Origin: an uncultured delta proteobacterium
GTDB taxonomy: Bacteria > Desulfobacterota > Binatia > JACPRU01
Assembly: GCA_963711395.1 (NCBI GenBank)
Contig: CAVQEA010000003.1
Span: 209,447-273,446, forward strand
DNA length: 64,000 nucleotides
Direction of reading: 5' to 3'
The position numbers were made by a program, and so were the translations under genes. A model generated the notes under the pieces. It saw only the letters and a program-made list of their open reading frames with translations, was not told where the DNA came from and did not search any database. Every line of letters starts with the position of its first letter. Position 1 is the first letter of the stretch. This document shows positions 9,027 through 17,373 of this stretch, piece after piece.

Positions 9027-10191
9027 AGTGGATCGGCTCTTCGCCGCGGAGCTGAGCCGCGTTGACGAAAAAGTCACCGCCGAGCGAGGGCCACCACACC
9101 TCGGCGGCGACCTCCCGGTCGTGGGCGAGGACGAGCACGACGCCGCCTATGACGGTGCCGACCGCCGCGTAGCCGAGCTTGGCGGGTACGTAGAGGAGGT
9201 TCGTGCCGGCCAGCGCGGTACCGAACGCGACCCCGCCCAAGACGGACTCGCCCTGTTCGGTTTCCGCGCTCGGCACGGGAGTCGGCGGAACCGGCGTCGG
9301 CGGCTGCGTCGCTTGCGGCTGGCGCGTCGGCTCGTGATGCGGTGGGGTGCGCGTCGGCTCTGCGCGCGGCGAGCGCGTAGCCACCTGCGTAGGCGTGAGC
9401 GTCGGCGCCATGGTGGGCGCGAGTGTCGGCAGCGCCGTCGGCGCGAGCGTCGGTACCATCGTCGGCGTCGGCGTGAGGGTCGGTGCCATGGTCGGGGTGC
9501 GCGTGGGAGCGGGAGTGGGTGTGTCGGTCGGTACGAGGGTCGGCGCAAGGGTCGGCAGCGGGCTCGCAGTGCGCGCCGCGGGCGCGGACATCCGTGCGCG
9601 CGGCGTGGTGGCGGCCGGGGGAAGCTCGGGTTGGCTGCTGAGCGCGCCGAGCTCGGGCGGCTCGGCGGCGACCCTTTCGCGCACGTCTGCCGATCCTCCG
9701 CCGAGCGGCTTGGGGGACGTGGCGTAGTACTTCATCGGGTCCACGGGTCCTTCAGCGTCGCGGATCTCGTAGTGCAGGTAGCCTTCGTCGCCGATCGTGC
9801 CGATCGTCTGCCCGCGCAAGACCTCGTCGCCCGGTTTGACCCGCACCTCATCGAGGTGCGCGTAAACGGTCGTCAGGCTATCGGGGTGCGTCAGCGCGAT
9901 GACGTTCGCAAAGCCTCGCTTCCCGCCGACGAACGTCACCCTTCCGGCCGACGCCGCGGCCACCGGGTTACCGGGACGTGCCGCGAGATCGACCCCGTCA
10001 TGACGTGGGCGCGCGCTGTCGCGGTAACCGCCGACGATCGCGCCCTCGACCGGCCAGACCATCTGCCCCTGAGGCTCCCAAGAGAACTCGCCTTCGGGCC
10101 GCACGACCAGGTGCTCGGTACACGCGGCGATCACCGCGAGCGCGGTGAGCCAGACCACCACCTTCCCCCCTCCGTGAACCACCGCGGGCAA
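8980..10191 (-). CDS. M23 (LytM-type) metallopeptidase lipoprotein with Pro/Thr-rich linker and C-terminal hydrophobic region
   Basis: Lipobox LAVIAAC. M23 motifs HDGVDLAA ... TTVYAHL ... GYLHYEIR. About 100 aa of PT repeats, then a Gly-rich TM-like segment. The 3' end overlaps the convergent binding-protein gene by 47 nt. Confidence 0.8.
   Translation of the reverse strand: MPAVVHGGGKVVVWLTALAVIAACTEHLVVRPEGEFSWEPQGQMVWPVEGAIVGGYRDSARPRHDGVDLAARPGNPVAAASAGRVTFVGGKRGFANVIALTHPDSLTTVYAHLDEVRVKPGDEVLRGQTIGTIGDEGYLHYEIRDAEGPVDPMKYYATSPKPLGGGSADVRERVAAEPPELGALSSQPELPPAATTPRARMSAPAARTASPLPTLAPTLVPTDTPTPAPTRTPTMAPTLTPTPTMVPTLAPTALPTLAPTMAPTLTPTQVATRSPRAEPTRTPPHHEPTRQPQATQPPTPVPPTPVPSAETEQGESVLGGVAFGTALAGTNLLYVPAKLGYAAVGTVIGGVVLVLAHDREVAAEVWWPSLGGDFFVNAAQLRGEEPIHFMGSSSETPEPPAPR
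9268..9564 (-). repeat. Coding low-complexity Pro/Thr repeat (PTLAPT-like units) inside the M23 gene
   Basis: Translates to ...PLPTLAPTLVPTDTPTPAPTRTPTMAPTLTPTPTMVPTLAPTALPTLAPTMAPTLTPTQ... The DNA shows reiterated GGTCGG/GGCGTC-type units. Confidence 0.7.
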
Positions 10192-10247
10192 TCTCGCACG
10201 CCGCGGTCCGTATGCAAAGCGCTCGAGATTCGAGATACGCTCGCTCG

Positions 10248-10853
10248 ATGAAGCCGTTCACGGCGGTCGTGCTCGCGGGTGGCGCGAGCTCGAGGATGGG
10301 CTCGCCAAAAGCGCTGCTGCGCTTCGGCGACCGGACGCTCATCGAGCGCGTCGCCGGACGGCTGCAGACGGTCGCGGCCGAAGTCGTCGTCGTCTCCGGG
10401 CGCCATCTCGATCTCCCGCCGCTCCCCGGCGCGCGGATCGTCATCGACGATCTGCCCTTGCAAGGTCCCGTGGCCGGCATCCTCTACGGGATCCGAGCCG
10501 CCGAAAGCGAAATCATCTTCGTTTGCGGCTGCGACCATCCCTTCCTCGAGCCGGCGCTGGTTGCGCTCCTCGTTCAACGTGCGGAGGGCGTCGATGGCGC
10601 CGTGCCGATCGTCGCCGGGGTTCGGCAGCCGCTCATCGCGGCGTATCACAGGCGGATCGAGTCCATCGCGGCGCTACTGCTCGCGTCGGGTGAGCACCGA
10701 GCGTCGGTGCTCACCGACCGCGTGCGGCTCTGCGAAGTGCGCGAGGCGGAGCTCGCCGCTGCCGACCCGACCGGCCTCAGCTTCCTGGACATCGATACTC
10801 CTGAGGCCTATCGCCGCGCGCTCGCGATCGGCGACGTGAGCCGGAAGCGGTGA
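10248..10853 (+). CDS. mobA: Molybdenum cofactor guanylyltransferase
   Basis: MKPFTAVVLAGGASSRMGSPKALLRFGDRTLIERV is the classic MobA N-terminal nucleotide-binding motif. The size (201 aa) fits. Confidence 0.8.
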   Translation: MKPFTAVVLAGGASSRMGSPKALLRFGDRTLIERVAGRLQTVAAEVVVVSGRHLDLPPLPGARIVIDDLPLQGPVAGILYGIRAAESEIIFVCGCDHPFLEPALVALLVQRAEGVDGAVPIVAGVRQPLIAAYHRRIESIAALLLASGEHRASVLTDRVRLCEVREAELAAADPTGLSFLDIDTPEAYRRALAIGDVSRKR

Positions 10854-11314
10854 CCGTCGGCACCGAGACGGCGCCGCCTCTGCGGCTGTTCGTGTACGGT
10901 ACGCTGAAGCGCGGCGGGCGCTTCCACGACCGCTACTGCGGCGGCGTTCGCTCGATCGAAGCCGCGTCCGTGCGCGGCCGCGTGTATCAGCTTCCGGAGG
11001 GGTACCCGGTACTCGTCGTCCCCGAGGGGGCGATCCTCGCACGCGGCAGCACCGATGCGGTGGCTGACGTGCGCCGACAGGTGACCGCGGCGCTCGCGGC
11101 GCCGGAGGTCGATCCGAATTGGACCGACGTTCCCGGCGAGCTCTTCACGTTCGACGATCCGCAGACACGATTACCGCGCATCGACGAGTTGGAGGAGTTT
11201 CGCCCCGACGGTGCGAGCCTATACCTGCGCGTGCTGTTGCCCGTTCGGTGCGCGAGCGGGACGAGCGTGGCGGCATGGGCCTACGTGGCGGGCGCGGGGA
11301 CGTTCCTACCTTAG
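10850..11314 (+). CDS. Gamma-glutamylcyclotransferase-like (GGCT/AIG2 fold) protein
   Basis: LFVYGTLKRGG motif near the N-terminus and about 150 aa in length. GTGA overlap with the mobA stop. Confidence 0.7.
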   Translation: MTVGTETAPPLRLFVYGTLKRGGRFHDRYCGGVRSIEAASVRGRVYQLPEGYPVLVVPEGAILARGSTDAVADVRRQVTAALAAPEVDPNWTDVPGELFTFDDPQTRLPRIDELEEFRPDGASLYLRVLLPVRCASGTSVAAWAYVAGAGTFLP

Positions 11315-11367
11315 CTACGTTTCTTCAAAAAAGAGAGGAGAAACGTAGCTAAGGTAGGAACGTCCCC
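11296..11367. terminator. Perfect 29-bp inverted repeat (11296-11324 / 11339-11367) forming a long hairpin between convergent genes; candidate bidirectional terminator or palindromic element
   Basis: GGGGACGTTCCTACCTTAGCTACGTTTCT ... AGAAACGTAGCTAAGGTAGGAACGTCCCC with an A-rich centre. Both flanking stop codons (11312-11314 and 11349-11351) lie inside the arms. Confidence 0.6.
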
Positions 11368-12101
11368 AGCGGTGCGATCACGACGCCGGCCTCTTCCAGC
11401 CGGCGCCGTACCGCCGTCAGGATGGCGGCGGCTCCATCGGTATCGCCGTGGATGCACAACGTGTCTGCGCGAACGCCGACCGGTGTGCCGTCGAGCGCGC
11501 GGACCTGATGGTCGCAGACGATACGCAACGCCTGATCGGCCGCTTCGGCGACGTCGTGGATGAGCGCGTTGCCGAGGGCTCGCGAAGCGAGCGATCCGTC
11601 CGCCGCGTAGCGGCGATCGGCGAATCCCTCGGCCGCCACGGCGAGACCCATTTCCCGACCCGCCACGAGGAGCTGTGAGCCCGCGAGGCCGACCAGCCGC
11701 AGGGCCGGATCGACGTCGCGCACCGCCTGCGCGATGATGCGGGCGACATCGAGATCTCGCGCCGCGGTGTTGTAGAGGGCGCCGTGGGGCTTGACGTGGG
11801 CGAGCCGCGCCCCCGCCGCGGCCGCGATGTCTGCCAGCGCGCTCACCTGCTCGCTCACGGCTCGACGGAGCTCCGATGATCCCATCGTCATCTCTCGGCG
11901 GCCGAAGTGCTCGCGATCCGGGTAGCTCGGATGCGCGCCGACGGCCAGACCGCTCGCGGCCGCGACGCGCGCGACGTCGGCCATCGTGCGCTCGTCGCCC
12001 GCGTGGCCCCCGCACGCGACGTTGACCGAGGTCAGCAACGGCAAGAGCGCACGGTCGTCGTACCCTTCGCCGACGTCGGCGTTGAGGTCGATGCGCCTCA
12101 T
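11349..12101 (-). CDS. pxpA: 5-oxoprolinase subunit A (LamB/YcsF family)
   Basis: MRRIDLNADVGEGYDD...NVACGGHAGD signature. Last gene of a pxpB-pxpC-pxpA operon with overlapping stop/start codons. Confidence 0.85.
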   Translation of the reverse strand: MRRIDLNADVGEGYDDRALLPLLTSVNVACGGHAGDERTMADVARVAAASGLAVGAHPSYPDREHFGRREMTMGSSELRRAVSEQVSALADIAAAAGARLAHVKPHGALYNTAARDLDVARIIAQAVRDVDPALRLVGLAGSQLLVAGREMGLAVAAEGFADRRYAADGSLASRALGNALIHDVAEAADQALRIVCDHQVRALDGTPVGVRADTLCIHGDTDGAAAILTAVRRRLEEAGVVIAPLGTFLP

Positions 12102-13039
12102 CCCGCGAGTTCCTCGGTCGCTGAGCGTAGCATCTCTTCTTGCTGACGGTAGAGAGCGCGAGCTTCGTCAACCTCGACGGCGACGAAGCGCAGGCTGTCT
12201 CCCGGCTTCGCCTGTCCGAGGCGCCAGAGATCGGCGGCGATCACCGTGGCGATCTTGGTGTAGCCGCCCGTCGTCGGGTGATCGGCGCCGAGAACGATCG
12301 GCTGGCCGTCCGCAGGCACCTGGATTCCGCCGCACGCGATCCCTTCCGGCAACAGGTCCGCCGCGCCGCGGTGCGCGAGTCGCGGCCCCTCCAGCCGGAG
12401 CCCCACGCGGTCCGAGCTCGTCGAGACGCGATACGTGCCGGAGAGCAACGTCTCTCTCGCCTCGGAGGCGAACCGATCGAGCTGCGGGCCGAGAATCACC
12501 CGCAAGACACCCTCGGCGGCATAGACCGGCAGCAGCCCCTGGCGCAGCGCCCGAGGTCGCTCGCCGACGGGAATCGCGCCCACGGCGAGCCGATCGCCGC
12601 GCCGCAGCGGCCGTCCGTCGAAGCCGCCGAATCCACCCGAGACGAACGTCGAGCGACTACCGAGCACGAGCGAGACATCGAGGCCTCCGCGAACGGCGAG
12701 GACCGAGCGCGCGCCCCCGAGCGTCCGTCCCACGTCCAAGACTTGCCCGGCGCGAACGGCGAGCGCCGTGGCGTGCGGCACGGGTGAGCCGTCCACGGTA
12801 GCGGCGAAGCGCGATCCGGCGAGCGCCACCCAGGCGTCGGCCGCGAAAGCGATCTGCGTTCCGGCGAGCGTCATCTCGAGTCCTGCAGCCCCTTCGTGAT
12901 TTCCGACCAGCCGGTTGGCAATCCGTAGCGCCAGCGCATCCGCCGCTCCCCCCCGAGGCACGCCGATGGAGCCCCGTCCCGGTCGCCCGAGATCCTGCAC
13001 CGTGGTGAACGGCCCCGCGCGAAGGATCTCGAGGGTCAT
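12098..13039 (-). CDS. pxpC: 5-oxoprolinase subunit C (KipA / allophanate hydrolase subunit 2 family)
   Basis: MTLEILRAGPFTTVQDLGRPG...GVPRGGAAD is the typical N-terminus. The position between pxpB and pxpA fits. Confidence 0.85.
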   Translation of the reverse strand: MTLEILRAGPFTTVQDLGRPGRGSIGVPRGGAADALALRIANRLVGNHEGAAGLEMTLAGTQIAFAADAWVALAGSRFAATVDGSPVPHATALAVRAGQVLDVGRTLGGARSVLAVRGGLDVSLVLGSRSTFVSGGFGGFDGRPLRRGDRLAVGAIPVGERPRALRQGLLPVYAAEGVLRVILGPQLDRFASEARETLLSGTYRVSTSSDRVGLRLEGPRLAHRGAADLLPEGIACGGIQVPADGQPIVLGADHPTTGGYTKIATVIAADLWRLGQAKPGDSLRFVAVEVDEARALYRQQEEMLRSATEELAG

Positions 13040-13686
13040 CGCGGCACGAACTTCACTTCGTCACCGGGCGTCAGCGCTGCGGGCGCGGCTGCGTTCGCAT
13101 CGAAGAGCGTGAAGTCGGTCACGCCGAGAATCCGCCAACCGCCCGGCGTCGAACGCGGATACACTCCGGTGAACGACCCACCGATCGCCACGCTGCCCGC
13201 AGCGACGCGTGTGCGCGGGGTCGCCAAACGCGGCGTCACCAGAGCCGGTGGCAACCCGATCAAGTAGGCAAAGCCCGGCATGAACCCGAGGAAGCCGACC
13301 GTGTACGTGGCCGAGGAATGAAGCGAGACGACCTCGCGCTCCGTCATGCCATGCAAGCGAGCGAGGTCGGCCAGGTCCGGGCCCGCGCTCCCGCCGTAGC
13401 GCACGTCGATCTCGTGGCGGGCGGGCGCCATTCCCTTCGCTCGGCTCCCGTGATGACTTTCATCGAGCGCCGCGAGCAACGCCGCGGAGGGCTCGATCCC
13501 CGGACGCAGCAGAATGAGCACCGAGGCGGCGCCGGGCACGACGTCTTCGATTTCGTCAAATCGTCGGCAGCGAAGGTTCTCGTAGAGGGCGCGCGCCCCT
13601 GCGTTGCGGGATACGAGATCATCCCCGGAGATTTCGCGGATGAGCGCTCGGTCCCCCGACCAGCGCCACGGCGCTTGCGGCCCCAT
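13036..13686 (-). CDS. pxpB: 5-oxoprolinase subunit B (KipI / allophanate hydrolase subunit 1 family)
   Basis: YTVGFLGFMPGFAYL and cyclophilin-like C-terminal motifs. I chose the ATG at 13684-13686. The longer ORF start (13854) would overlap the divergent neighbour. Confidence 0.8.
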   Translation of the reverse strand: MGPQAPWRWSGDRALIREISGDDLVSRNAGARALYENLRCRRFDEIEDVVPGAASVLILLRPGIEPSAALLAALDESHHGSRAKGMAPARHEIDVRYGGSAGPDLADLARLHGMTEREVVSLHSSATYTVGFLGFMPGFAYLIGLPPALVTPRLATPRTRVAAGSVAIGGSFTGVYPRSTPGGWRILGVTDFTLFDANAAAPAALTPGDEVKFVPR

Positions 13687-13738
13687 CGGTCGCGAGTCTT
13701 CCGCCAAACGCCGCCGATTGCTATGGTTCCAGGCCGTC

Positions 13739-14179
13739 ATGAACGCGCGCGCGATCGTCGCAGTGGTGGGAGCCGTGACTCTGCTCCTTGGTTTCCTCGG
13801 GCTCTTCCGCCCCGAGTGGGTGATGAGCTTCGTCGGTTTCGACGTGGCGAGCAATGCATCGAAGACGCTCGTGCACGGCGAGATCCGCGCCGTCTACGGC
13901 GGCTTGCTGATCGCGGCCGGAGTCTTCACGCTACTCACCGCGCCCGCGCCGCGCGCCAACCAGGGACGGCTCCTCCTACTCGCGATGCTTTGGCTAGGCG
14001 CCGGAGCTGGCCGCCTGTTCGGCGCGTTCGTCGACGGCAATCCCGGGCTGTTCGGCTGGCTCGCCTTCGCCCTCGAGCTCGGCGGCGGCGGCGCGCTCTT
14101 CTACGCTTCCCAGTTCGCCCCGGAGACCACCGTGCCCGAGGCGCCTGCGGGCAGCGCGGCACCGCCCTTCCGGGCTTGA
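13739..14179 (+). CDS. Small integral membrane protein (DUF4345-like)
   Basis: Four hydrophobic helices with a GEIRAVYGGLL motif. ATG at 13739. Confidence 0.5.
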   Translation: MNARAIVAVVGAVTLLLGFLGLFRPEWVMSFVGFDVASNASKTLVHGEIRAVYGGLLIAAGVFTLLTAPAPRANQGRLLLLAMLWLGAGAGRLFGAFVDGNPGLFGWLAFALELGGGGALFYASQFAPETTVPEAPAGSAAPPFRA

Positions 14180-14307
14180 ATCGGCCGGCGAGAGCAATCA
14201 CCGACGACGGCCGTTCCCTTCGTTCTCATCGTAGCGCCCACGGTGACAAGGTCGGCGGCCTCTGCCACAACCTGTTTGGCGAAAAAGGCACGCGAGAGAG
14301 GTGCATC

Positions 14308-15060
14308 ATGGTACACATCGAGAAGCGCGACGCCGTCACCACGGTGATCCTCGACCGTCCGCAAGCGCGTAACGCGATCGACCGCGCCACCGCTGAGGCG
14401 CTTGCGGAGGCGTTTCGCTCCTTCGACGCCGACCCGGACGCGAAGGCGGCGGTGCTGTGGGGCGCCAACGGCACGTTCTGCGCCGGCGCCGACTTGAAGC
14501 GCTTCGACAATCGGGTCCGTGACGAGGGCGACGGGCCGATCGGCGTGTCACGCCTGGTGCTCGGCAAGCCGGTGATCGCCGCAGTCTCGGGATATGCCGT
14601 GGCCGGAGGGCTCGAGCTCGCGATCTGGTGCGATCTTCGCGTCGTCGAGGAAGACGCCGTCTTCGGCGTCTTCTGCCGTCGCTGGGGCGTGCCGCTGATC
14701 GACGGCGGAACCATCCGCTTGCCGAGGCTGATCGGCTTGTCGCGGGCGCTCGACATGATCCTCACCGGGCGGCCGGTGAAGGCCGACGAGGCGCTCGCCA
14801 TGGGGCTCGCCAACCGATTGGTGCCGAATGGGCAGGCGCGTAGCGCCGCCGAACGCTTGGCGCAGGAGATCTCCCGCCTGCCGCAAGAGTGCATGCGCAA
14901 CGATCGCCGATCCGCGTACGACCAGTTCGCGCTTGAAATGGACGAGGCCATTCGCCATGAGTTCGCCCTCGGCCAAAGGTCGCTCGCTTCTGCGCAGCTC
15001 TCGGGCGGGCTCGAGCGCTTCCGCGCGGGACAGGGTCGTCATGGGTCGTTCGATCACTAA
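14308..15060 (+). CDS. Enoyl-CoA hydratase/isomerase (crotonase) family protein
   Basis: MVHIEKRDAVTTVILDRPQARNAID..., FCAGADLK, AVSGYAVAGGLELAIWCDLR. The track ORF 13318.. is a spurious 5' extension. Confidence 0.85.
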   Translation: MVHIEKRDAVTTVILDRPQARNAIDRATAEALAEAFRSFDADPDAKAAVLWGANGTFCAGADLKRFDNRVRDEGDGPIGVSRLVLGKPVIAAVSGYAVAGGLELAIWCDLRVVEEDAVFGVFCRRWGVPLIDGGTIRLPRLIGLSRALDMILTGRPVKADEALAMGLANRLVPNGQARSAAERLAQEISRLPQECMRNDRRSAYDQFALEMDEAIRHEFALGQRSLASAQLSGGLERFRAGQGRHGSFDH

Positions 15061-16747
15061 AGCCGCTCTTGCGCTCGCTGTGGTTCTCGGGCTCGTCGCG
15101 CCCGGGCTGGCACGCGGCGACGCATGGGAGACCACGCGCAAGACGGTGATCGACCCGATCAACTCGGAGTTCCATCGCCATCTGCCGACGTACATTCGCC
15201 AGCGAGATCTCGAGCAGATCCTGTCGCTCTACGCCGTGGAGTCCGGAACCGGTCTACTCTGGGACGGCGCGAGTCCCGTCTATCCGAATCGCGAGGAAGA
15301 GATGATGCGCTGGGGCTCGGCGAACGGCCCCGAGCCGATGCGCGAGCGCTATCAACACCTCCTGGATCTCTTCCCCACCGTCGACAAGGCGGAGCTCAGG
15401 ATTCATCGCATCTATTGGGAACAGCCGGACGCGCAGGGCTATCCCGCGGAGGTGCGTCTCATCGTGCGCGGCACGCGCGCGGATGGCTCGCTCGCGCAGC
15501 TCGACCAGCGCATGCACGTTCACCTCGCCGAGCGCGGCAACGACTGGCGCATCACTCAGGAAGAGGTCGTCGCGCGCGAGCTCGTGTCGCGGCGCAAGCC
15601 GCGCTTCGTGGAAGCGACGAAGGAAGCCGGCATCACCAACAAGCATACCAACGTCGGTTCTCCGGTGTTCCGCATGATCGACGGCACGTCCAGCAGCGCA
15701 GGCAGTGCGGTGGCGGACGTCGACGGCGACGGCTGCGAGGACCTCTTCCTCCCCGGCTCTCCCGAGGCCACGCTGTACAAGAACAACTGCGACGGAACGT
15801 TCACCGACGTCACCGCGCGCTCCGGCATCCCCCAGCCGTTTCCGTCGGTCGCCACCGGCGCGGTCTTCTTCGACTACGACAACGACGGCCGGCCTGACCT
15901 CTTCGTCGCCGCGGTCAAAGGCGGCAATCGCTTGTTCCACAACGTCGCCGGCAGCGATGGCGCGCCCCGCTTCGTCGACGTCACCGAGAAGGCCGGGATC
16001 CCCAGCGGCGAGTGGTCGAGCATGGCGGCGGTCGCCGACTACGACCGCGACGGGTTTCTCGACGTCTACGTCGTGCGCATGGGCGACTACGAGAATACGA
16101 CCCCGAAGCCGAACTACGAGGCGAAGAACGGCCTCGCGGGCGAGCTGCTGCACAACAACCGCGACGGCACGTTCACCGAGGTCACGTCTCGCGCCGGCGT
16201 CGGCGACAAGGGCTGGGGCTTGGCAGCCGCCTGGGGAGACTACGACAACGACGGCTACCCCGATCTCTACGTCGCCAACGAGTACGGCTTCTCCACGCTC
16301 TACCACAACCGCGGTGACGGCCGGTTCGAGAACGTCGGCGAGAAGGCGGGCGCGAGCTTGCGAACGGCGGCCATGGGCGTGGCCTGGGGCGACTACGACG
16401 GCGACGGCAACATCGACATCTACGTATCGGCCATGTACGCGAACTCGCGCTGGGCGCTCTTCCACCCGGACTTCGAGGCGCCGATCCCCTGGTACTTCCG
16501 CTTGCTCGGCTTCTTCACCCCGGAGGTGAAGCGGCGCTCCGACGAGATCGTCGACCACCTCACCCGCGGCTCCACGCTGCTCCACAACAATGGCGACGGT
16601 ACCTTCACCGACGTCTCCGAGACGGCGGGCGTGCGCGACACGCAATGGGGATGGGGTGCGGAATTCCTCGACTACGACAACTCCGGGCGGCTCGACCTCT
16701 TCTCCGAGAACGGTTTCGTCACCGGAGAGATCCCCGACGACGTTTGA
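15041..16747 (+). CDS. CRTAC1-family FG-GAP/VCBS repeat protein, N-terminal 568 codons (ends at in-frame TGA)
   Basis: Signal peptide MGRSITKAALALAVVLGLVAPGLARG. Six DxDxDGxxD repeats (DVDGDGCEDL, DYDNDGRPDL, DYDRDGFLDV, DYDNDGYPDL, DYDGDGNIDI, DYDNSGRLDL). The stop TGA is at 16745-16747. Confidence 0.8.
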   Translation: MGRSITKAALALAVVLGLVAPGLARGDAWETTRKTVIDPINSEFHRHLPTYIRQRDLEQILSLYAVESGTGLLWDGASPVYPNREEEMMRWGSANGPEPMRERYQHLLDLFPTVDKAELRIHRIYWEQPDAQGYPAEVRLIVRGTRADGSLAQLDQRMHVHLAERGNDWRITQEEVVARELVSRRKPRFVEATKEAGITNKHTNVGSPVFRMIDGTSSSAGSAVADVDGDGCEDLFLPGSPEATLYKNNCDGTFTDVTARSGIPQPFPSVATGAVFFDYDNDGRPDLFVAAVKGGNRLFHNVAGSDGAPRFVDVTEKAGIPSGEWSSMAAVADYDRDGFLDVYVVRMGDYENTTPKPNYEAKNGLAGELLHNNRDGTFTEVTSRAGVGDKGWGLAAAWGDYDNDGYPDLYVANEYGFSTLYHNRGDGRFENVGEKAGASLRTAAMGVAWGDYDGDGNIDIYVSAMYANSRWALFHPDFEAPIPWYFRLLGFFTPEVKRRSDEIVDHLTRGSTLLHNNGDGTFTDVSETAGVRDTQWGWGAEFLDYDNSGRLDLFSENGFVTGEIPDDV

Positions 16748-17332
16748 ATGGACATGTTCGAAGGCGTCGGTCGACGCCTAGACCAGACCGCCGGCTCGCT
16801 GGTGTCGATCGGCGCGCACAGCCTGAACGGGCGGGAGCGCAAGGTCCTGTTCCGCAACAACGGCGACGGCACCTTCACCGACGTAGCGTTCGTCAACGGC
16901 GTCGCGCGTCAGGAGGACGGCCGAGGCCTGACGATCTTCGACTACGACAACGACGGCCAGATGGACCTCCTGCTGCGCAACTACAAGCAGCCCACGCAGC
17001 TCCTGAAGAACGTGGGAGTCCCCGGAAACTGGATGGAGCTCAAGCTCGTCGGCGAGACCTCCAACCGCGACGCGGTGGGCGCGAAGATCCGCTTGCGCAC
17101 CTCACGGGGATGGCAGACGCGGGTGGTCACCGCCGGCTCCGCGTACCTCTCGGAGCAAAGCCTCATCCAGCATTTCGGTCTGGGCCCCGACGATCGCGCG
17201 ATGGAGATCGACGTCACCTGGCCCTCCGGGGCCACAACGCACTTCCGCGAGCTGGCAGGGAACCATCGCTACACGATCACCGAGAATTCCCCTTCGCCGA
17301 TCCCCTGCACGCGTCCGGCCTGCCCGAATTGA
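16748..17332 (+). CDS. CRTAC1-family protein, C-terminal part (7th FG-GAP repeat + UnbV_ASPIC domain), same frame as the preceding ORF
   Basis: NNGDGTFTDV, DYDNDGQMDLLL, then NWMELKLVG...GAKIRL...GSAYLSEQSLIQHFGLG. The ATG abuts the upstream TGA (TGAATG). The two ORFs together look like one gene. Confidence 0.75.
   Translation: MDMFEGVGRRLDQTAGSLVSIGAHSLNGRERKVLFRNNGDGTFTDVAFVNGVARQEDGRGLTIFDYDNDGQMDLLLRNYKQPTQLLKNVGVPGNWMELKLVGETSNRDAVGAKIRLRTSRGWQTRVVTAGSAYLSEQSLIQHFGLGPDDRAMEIDVTWPSGATTHFRELAGNHRYTITENSPSPIPCTRPACPN
16762..16779 (+). other. 7-bp GC-rich hairpin with GGUC loop starting 14 nt after the in-frame TGA (SECIS-like geometry)
   Basis: AGGCGTC-GGTC-GACGCCT. All seven pairs are Watson-Crick. 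Confidence 0.2.
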
Positions 17333-17373
17333 CGGGCTCCTCCGCGCCGACCGTGCGCCCGGCTGGAAAGTCC

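Noticed and set aside
13318-14307. 5' extension of the 580-aa ORF 13318-15060, and similarly 36607-37056 ahead of the phosphorylase and 16645-17373 ahead of the prenyltransferase
   Set aside because: Recognisable domains start only at the internal ATGs. The extensions overlap better-supported genes on the same or the opposite strand.
15254-16645. 463-aa minus-strand ORF antisense to the CRTAC1 gene, and similarly 31906-33588 and 48539-49852
   Set aside because: There are no motifs, and the composition mirrors the sense-strand repeats. The sense frames have strong family signatures.
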